Shown: positions 60,101 through 64,000 of the stretch, piece after piece | How positions within the stretch are numbered: the stretch's first letter is position 1 | How the letters are laid out: the number at the start of each line of letters is the position of its first letter | Assembly: GCA_949358305.1 (NCBI GenBank) | Contig: OX442314.1 | Coordinates: forward strand, 32,922,001 to 32,986,000 | From: Strigamia acuminata | Taxonomy: Eukaryota | Direction of reading: 5' to 3' | Length of the DNA: 64,000 bases | The notes under the pieces: generated by a model | What the model saw: the letters and a program-made list of their open reading frames with translations, nothing else | What the model was told of the DNA's origin: nothing | Database searches by the model: none | Made by a program: the position numbers and the translations under genes

Positions 60101-61980
60101 GGGCGTTGCCCAACGTGATGATGCAACCGGGGAAATAATACCCAGCGCTTGTAAGCGCGCCAACTCAGCCTCGACCAGCGGCTTAACTGCTATGGGAACT
60201 GGATAGGCTTTTAGAAAAATCGGCTGTACCGCCGGATCAACGTCAATGTGAACAGTGGACTTGTTAAAGCGACCGATTTCATCTCGGAAAGTGTGCTCAT
60301 GCTTCAGCAACAGCGTTTCCAAAGCTTTGGCTGAAGTGGAATCTAAAACCTCGGGTTTGGGAGCAACGGAATCGGTCTTGTAAATTTTCGCGCCGACCGC
60401 TTCGGCAGTTTTCGAAAGGAGTCCAAACATACACAACCAACCTCTGCCCAACAACGGAACTGGACCATCCCGTGCGACACAGAGCGGCAATTGAAAATTT
60501 CGATTTTTAAACCTGACTGGAACCTCGATAACCCCCTCCATCTGTATTTGGTCGCCTGAGTACGTGTACATGTTGCACGGAATGGTCTGCAATGGAAAAT
60601 GAGAAAAATGTTTTAAATACAGATCCAAAGCAATAATTGAAGCACCTGCCCCAGTGTCCATCTCCATATCGAGATTGACACCATCGATACAAATAGTTAT
60701 CATGACTGGCTTCACACGTGGCAAGTACACGGAATTCACTGCAGTTGCAGGACCAGAGCGGACTTGATAAAAGTCCATATCGTCGGTAAAGCGAACAACG
60801 TGAGTGGAATTCGATTTCGGAATCTGGGAGCGACACACCGGACGAATATGTCCAGTCTTTCCACAGCCATGGCACTTGGCGTCTCGAAAACGACACGAAT
60901 CGCGCGAGTGGTTCGATTTCCCACAAGCCGAGCACCCCGACGCATTTCCTTTACTGGATGGTTGGTGTGGAGTTGGAAAGGCAACATTTTTCTTCGCGAA
61001 ACGCTTCCCGCCTCGTCTGTTCGGCTCGTATCGCGGCTTTGACTCGTGGAGTTTATGCACAGGAGTGGCAGCAGTATTCTGAGCAGCAATAGTCGAAAAT
61101 TCCTTCGATGACACCTCAGCGGAAGCCGCAAAAGCAACGGCGTCGTCAAAAGTTAAGTCAGTTTTCAGTGTTAAGGCGTGTTGGACTTGCTCGTTTTGCA
61201 AGCCACATAAAAATCGATTCCGCAGCTCGTCCGATTTATTGTCGGCAAAGTCGCAATTTTGGGCGAGATCTTGGAGAGCCAACGAGTATTCAGTGACGGT
61301 CTCACCTGCTTGGCGATCACGCCGATGAAATCGACGTATTTCGGCCAAAACGAGCGGCTTCGGGCGCGCGTTCTTCTGCATGAGCGCCACTAATTCGTCG
61401 TACTTGAATTCGGCCGGCTTCTTGGGTGCTGTAAGCGACACCAATAGCTTCAACGTCGGCATGCCCACGTACGCGAGCAGCGTGTGAACCTGCTCCAAAT
61501 CGTCAACTATTTTGTTGCAGGCGAAAATACTCGCCATACGCAAACAATAAAGTTCCCAATCATCACCGGAATCGTATTCACGAAGCGTGCCTTTCAACGC
61601 CGACATCTTGATGGCAAGGAGGCGGAATACGGTACAAATAACGCGAAAATTCGAAGCACGGAACGACTAGGCCTACTTCGGGGACGGCGTGGTCAGCGAC
61701 GGTCAAAAACGGCCAAAAAGTTCATCAAACGATCAAAAACTCACAAATAAAGTTGATACGAAGCAGCATCTGGTTGTGGGTCGTCGATTGCGATCCTCCT
61801 CGTCGCCAATTATTGTGTATTTATCGTTGATGTAGTTAGTGGTCAAGAAAGCAACATGTCAGCTAAGTTAAAACTAAAATGACTGATTTATTCTGATATT
61901 ACAATATAGGTGGCGCTGCTCTTAAAAGCGCCAAAACATAACGATTGGTCAAGATTGACCGATGGAGTAGGACACTCCAA
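57181..61980 (-). mobile_element. Full-length single-ORF Ty3/Gypsy (Mag-like) LTR retrotransposon, recent
   Basis: LTRs 57181-57352 and 61811-61980 show no visible mismatch in their shared 170 bp; PBS TGGCGACGAGGA (tRNA-Ser(GCU)-like) at 61797-61808; purine tract at 57353-57360; TSD TCGG (or ATCGG). Confidence 0.95.
57509..61606 (-). CDS. gag-pol: Gag-Pol polyprotein (2 CCHC knuckles, protease, RT, RNase H, integrase)
   Basis: CSACGKSNHSRDSC and CHGCGKTGHIRPVC; MDTGA; RLFYGISSAPALFQ, FIDD; VDASPVG, TDHKPL; H.GH...CDVC, DFAGP, DNGPQF. Confidence 0.95.
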   Translation of the reverse strand: MSALKGTLREYDSGDDWELYCLRMASIFACNKIVDDLEQVHTLLAYVGMPTLKLLVSLTAPKKPAEFKYDELVALMQKNARPKPLVLAEIRRFHRRDRQAGETVTEYSLALQDLAQNCDFADNKSDELRNRFLCGLQNEQVQHALTLKTDLTFDDAVAFAASAEVSSKEFSTIAAQNTAATPVHKLHESKPRYEPNRRGGKRFAKKNVAFPTPHQPSSKGNASGCSACGKSNHSRDSCRFRDAKCHGCGKTGHIRPVCRSQIPKSNSTHVVRFTDDMDFYQVRSGPATAVNSVYLPRVKPVMITICIDGVNLDMEMDTGAGASIIALDLYLKHFSHFPLQTIPCNMYTYSGDQIQMEGVIEVPVRFKNRNFQLPLCVARDGPVPLLGRGWLCMFGLLSKTAEAVGAKIYKTDSVAPKPEVLDSTSAKALETLLLKHEHTFRDEIGRFNKSTVHIDVDPAVQPIFLKAYPVPIAVKPLVEAELARLQALGIISPVASSRWATPVMHVKKSDGTIKLAGCYNRTINKAIFPNSYPLPLFADVTAKLSGGETYSVLDMNSAFNQLELDEESKMCCTINTHLGLFRVNRLFYGISSAPALFQQTMDQLTAKVNSAQPFIDDSAVTGATNAVHLQNLDVLLTTFGGAGLTLNRRKCHFLQQSIQFLGLNISKLGISPIDSKLAPLRDARRPSDVTSLKSFLGLINYYGRFVANLSTLLEPLYRLTRDDVEWKWTEEHESTWKKVKVAVSTESALAHFDQSKKLFLTVDASPVGVGAFLSHLDSDGNHKPIAFASSLLSAAQKNYAQIEREGFAIIYGIRKFHHYLFGRRFFLRTDHKPLVSIFGEKKGCNQIVAARLHRWAVFLSAYDFIIEHVPAVDNAIADGLSRNPQPSVDSKEDLEVGINKIYSAFISDFPMTATSLKAAYAADEVLQAVLRHVRTGWESRTPDTAEFYKHRDSFSTFDEFLFLSDRLVIPKTVRRSVLVELHAGHYGIVRTKSLARATVWWPGIDADIERTVKSCDVCQRSLPDPPKSNTVSWPVPDQVWGRVHLDFAGPFHNSMFLLAVDAKTKWCEVRKMSTTTAAATIDVIKSWFENHGLPLHFHTDNGPQFTSQEFRQFLAINGIRHTLSPPYHPATNGAVEGFVKTFKTQVDKFLTLNFSLSDAVSRFIASYRTTPHATTKVSPAVAFLQREMRTRLHLLNPRLLPDVDQIDIPRRFEVGDLVFARDYRGTPKWIPGIVKKKTSSSTYDIEVALDVTWNRHIDQLRRRADPSLLPQNGGKDCRSSLLPFSITSQPTAPPVPVPAPVPDPLLTIPPVIVPQNVAPTHAPPLPVRAPSPPAIAGPSAPVPLALSPRPVRNRKQTDFYGFPPN

Positions 61981-62581
61981 TCGGCGCAGAGTGGCTATTT
62001 GTATTAGAATTGTAGCCACAATGTAAATGCCATTTGATAAAAAGTTCATCATTGGCGTCTATCATTCCGTGACAAGAAGTGACCGATTTGCTTTACAGCC
62101 TATGGCTGAAATCTCTATAAAACCAATTAAAAAATGGAGGAAAAAGACGGTTTTTATTCCAAACGTGATCGTTTTCCCTCCATTCGAGGACGTTCCCCGT
62201 TTAATGGAAATGTTCATCGAAGAAGTAAACACAATTCTTCAAAAGATGAAAAGAAGAGAATGTAAAGCCGAAGAAACCTTTTTTATGGCAGCCTACATCC
62301 ACAATTCCTTCATTGACATCCATCCTTTTGTGGATGGAAACGGTCGCATCGCAACATTATTAGCGTCGTTGTCCCTTATAATAAGGAAATTTCCACCAAT
62401 TTGCATAAGAGCTTGCAATAAAAATTATTATTTTAAAGCGCTTGTTGAAATGTGCACAACAAAAGATACGTCAATATTGGCTAACTTTTTTGCAAACGAA
62501 ATGCGTATCACACAAGAATTAATGGCAATATTAATTAATGTCAGTAGTGAATTCAAAAATTACATGCAACAAAACAGCTGA
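61981..62581 (+). pseudogene. Fic-domain (AMPylase, FICD/HYPE-like) gene, 3' part; disrupted
   Basis: FPPFEDVPRLMEMF...AAYIHNSFIDIHPFVDGNGRIATL...FPP..I...YF.AL; in-frame TAA at 62024 before the ATG at 62027; the upstream frame is interrupted by the Gypsy element. Confidence 0.75.
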
Positions 62582-63059
62582 TGGTGCCTTACATACACGG
62601 AGAAAAGCCATCATGACTGCAGCACAAAGACACATCACCAAAACCGATGTGTCTGATTGTTAAGATTCCCAATCCCCAGCCAGGGCCGTCGCACGCTAGT
62701 CAACCGACTGGCAGTGTATCAACCACCCGTTCCTGATTGGAGGCTGGACTTTTATTAAGAGATTGATTGCTAACCATAGCAATCAATGTCATCATCATGA
62801 AACTTCCATATTTCCCCCTTAGAAACGATTGACCAGGTAACGGCATAATAAAGTGTGAAACTACTTTCATTTAATTTCTAATCTAAAATTTTTGTTGCCT
62901 TTCTCCTCCAGTTTTTTAATTTGCTAGTGATGATATGGAGGCTTGAGATTTTCTTCAAGTATGGCTACTGTGAGAGTGAAATTTCCATTCTAAGAAGACA
63001 GCTAAATGCCATGCCAAGACATGCATTCGGCAACCATTCTAGGCCCTGTAATAACAGAA

Positions 63060-63420
63060 GCAATGAATTAGGGAAATTCTGAAGTGACTACCGTAAGAGC
63101 AAAGTATGAAGAAGTGATGAATGTTCAAGTAAATCAGTGTGGACTGTTTGTTGATGTAAATAATCCCATTCTGGCTGCATCGCCTGATGGCATTGGAACA
63201 CTAAGTAATGAGACGTACATTCTTGAGATTTAATGTCCATACACTTCTAGAAAGTGTCCATCAGTAAGCCAAGCTTGCAGTTCATTTAAGTCCTTCCCTC
63301 TCTCAAAAACTGCAAAAGGCCGAATTTCAACTGAGTAAAGGCCATCCTTACTACTTTCAAATTCAGATCCAGTTACAATGTACAGGTGTAAAAAGATGCG
63401 ATTTTGTAGTTTATATTGAC
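63060..63420 (+). pseudogene. YqaJ/lambda-exonuclease-like domain remnant (probably from a DNA transposon)
   Basis: CGLFVD...LAASPDG...LEI*CPY...HPYYFQIQIQLQCTG..RCDFVVY, with stops and a frameshift. Confidence 0.75.
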
Positions 63421-63679
63421 AAGGACGAAATATTGAACTTAAACACTGACAAATGCATCCCCCTCAATCATGTAGAAATATTATTCGCCTCAAAAATAAA
63501 TCCAACTGGCACAGAATTAGAACAGTATAGGTAAGGAATATATTTCGCACATTAAAGAGACGCGCGAAATAGGGTCCTGGCTGGTTAATAAAATGCATTT
63601 ATATGTCCTCCAATATTTTATTACAAAAAAAAACAAAGGCCCTGAAAAGTGACACAAATATCAATTCTTTTTACCTAGG

Positions 63680-63714
63680 TAACCTAACCTAACCTAACCT
63701 AACCTAACCTAACC
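63680..63714. repeat. (TAACC)7, TTAGG-type telomere-like array, interstitial
   Basis: Seven perfect pentamers. Confidence 0.85.
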
Positions 63715-63918
63715 GACTATATGAGTTGACGGGACCTGAAGGATTGCATGGAGAAAGCTGGAAAGGTGGTGCACGCGGAAGCGCATAGAATTAGGAAAAA
63801 CGAAGGTTTTGTTGATTTTGCGACGGAACGGGATCGAGGAATGGCGATCGAAATGTTCCACAACACCGAATTGCACGGGCGGCGCGTGCGATTGGTAAGA
63901 CCGAACATGGAGATGAGT
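63715..63918 (+). pseudogene. Third SRSF-like copy, RRM2 fragment only
   Basis: DYMS*RDLKDCMEKAGKVVHAEAH...RVRLVRPNMEMS; matches 46481-46684 with TGG changed to TGA. Confidence 0.88.
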
Positions 63919-64000
63919 GTTTAATTCATGTCATTTGAAGAGTGTTTATTTTTAGTTACAATATATTATGTCATGTGTATCAGTACAGGATTACCAGCTA

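Overview
Eukaryotic, AT-rich, short-intron animal DNA. It is probably arthropod, judging from a (TAACC)7 = TTAGG-type array, but this is not proven. Host genes: an intronless Cdc25 phosphatase; two back-to-back DEG/ENaC-type channel units that look like one fused gene; a tandem array of intronless BTB-BACK/propeller genes (3 intact, 3 broken); an EGLN/PHD prolyl hydroxylase; a head-to-head CFAP126(Flattop)-like/DCDC2-like ciliary pair sharing RFX X-boxes; an intronless SRSF4/5/6-like gene with two partial copies; a CD36/SR-B gene; an H1-related protamine-like gene; and a damaged Fic-domain gene. Mobile DNA is dense: two Ty3/Gypsy elements, a truncated Ty1/copia, a decayed BEL/Pao, two related solo-LTR-type insertions, and several non-autonomous DNA elements. 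One Gypsy has tandem -1 frameshift sites and a piggyBac-type foldback element in its protease; the other is a near-intact single-ORF element with matching LTRs. The most striking observations are the putative concatenated four-TM double DEG/ENaC joined across an A11 run, a shared ACGTGAY-N11-TATA core promoter in front of unrelated intronless genes, and a Cdc25 with a hydrophobic C-terminal tail. All calls come from manual motif recognition; no database searches were run, and exon boundaries are manual estimates.
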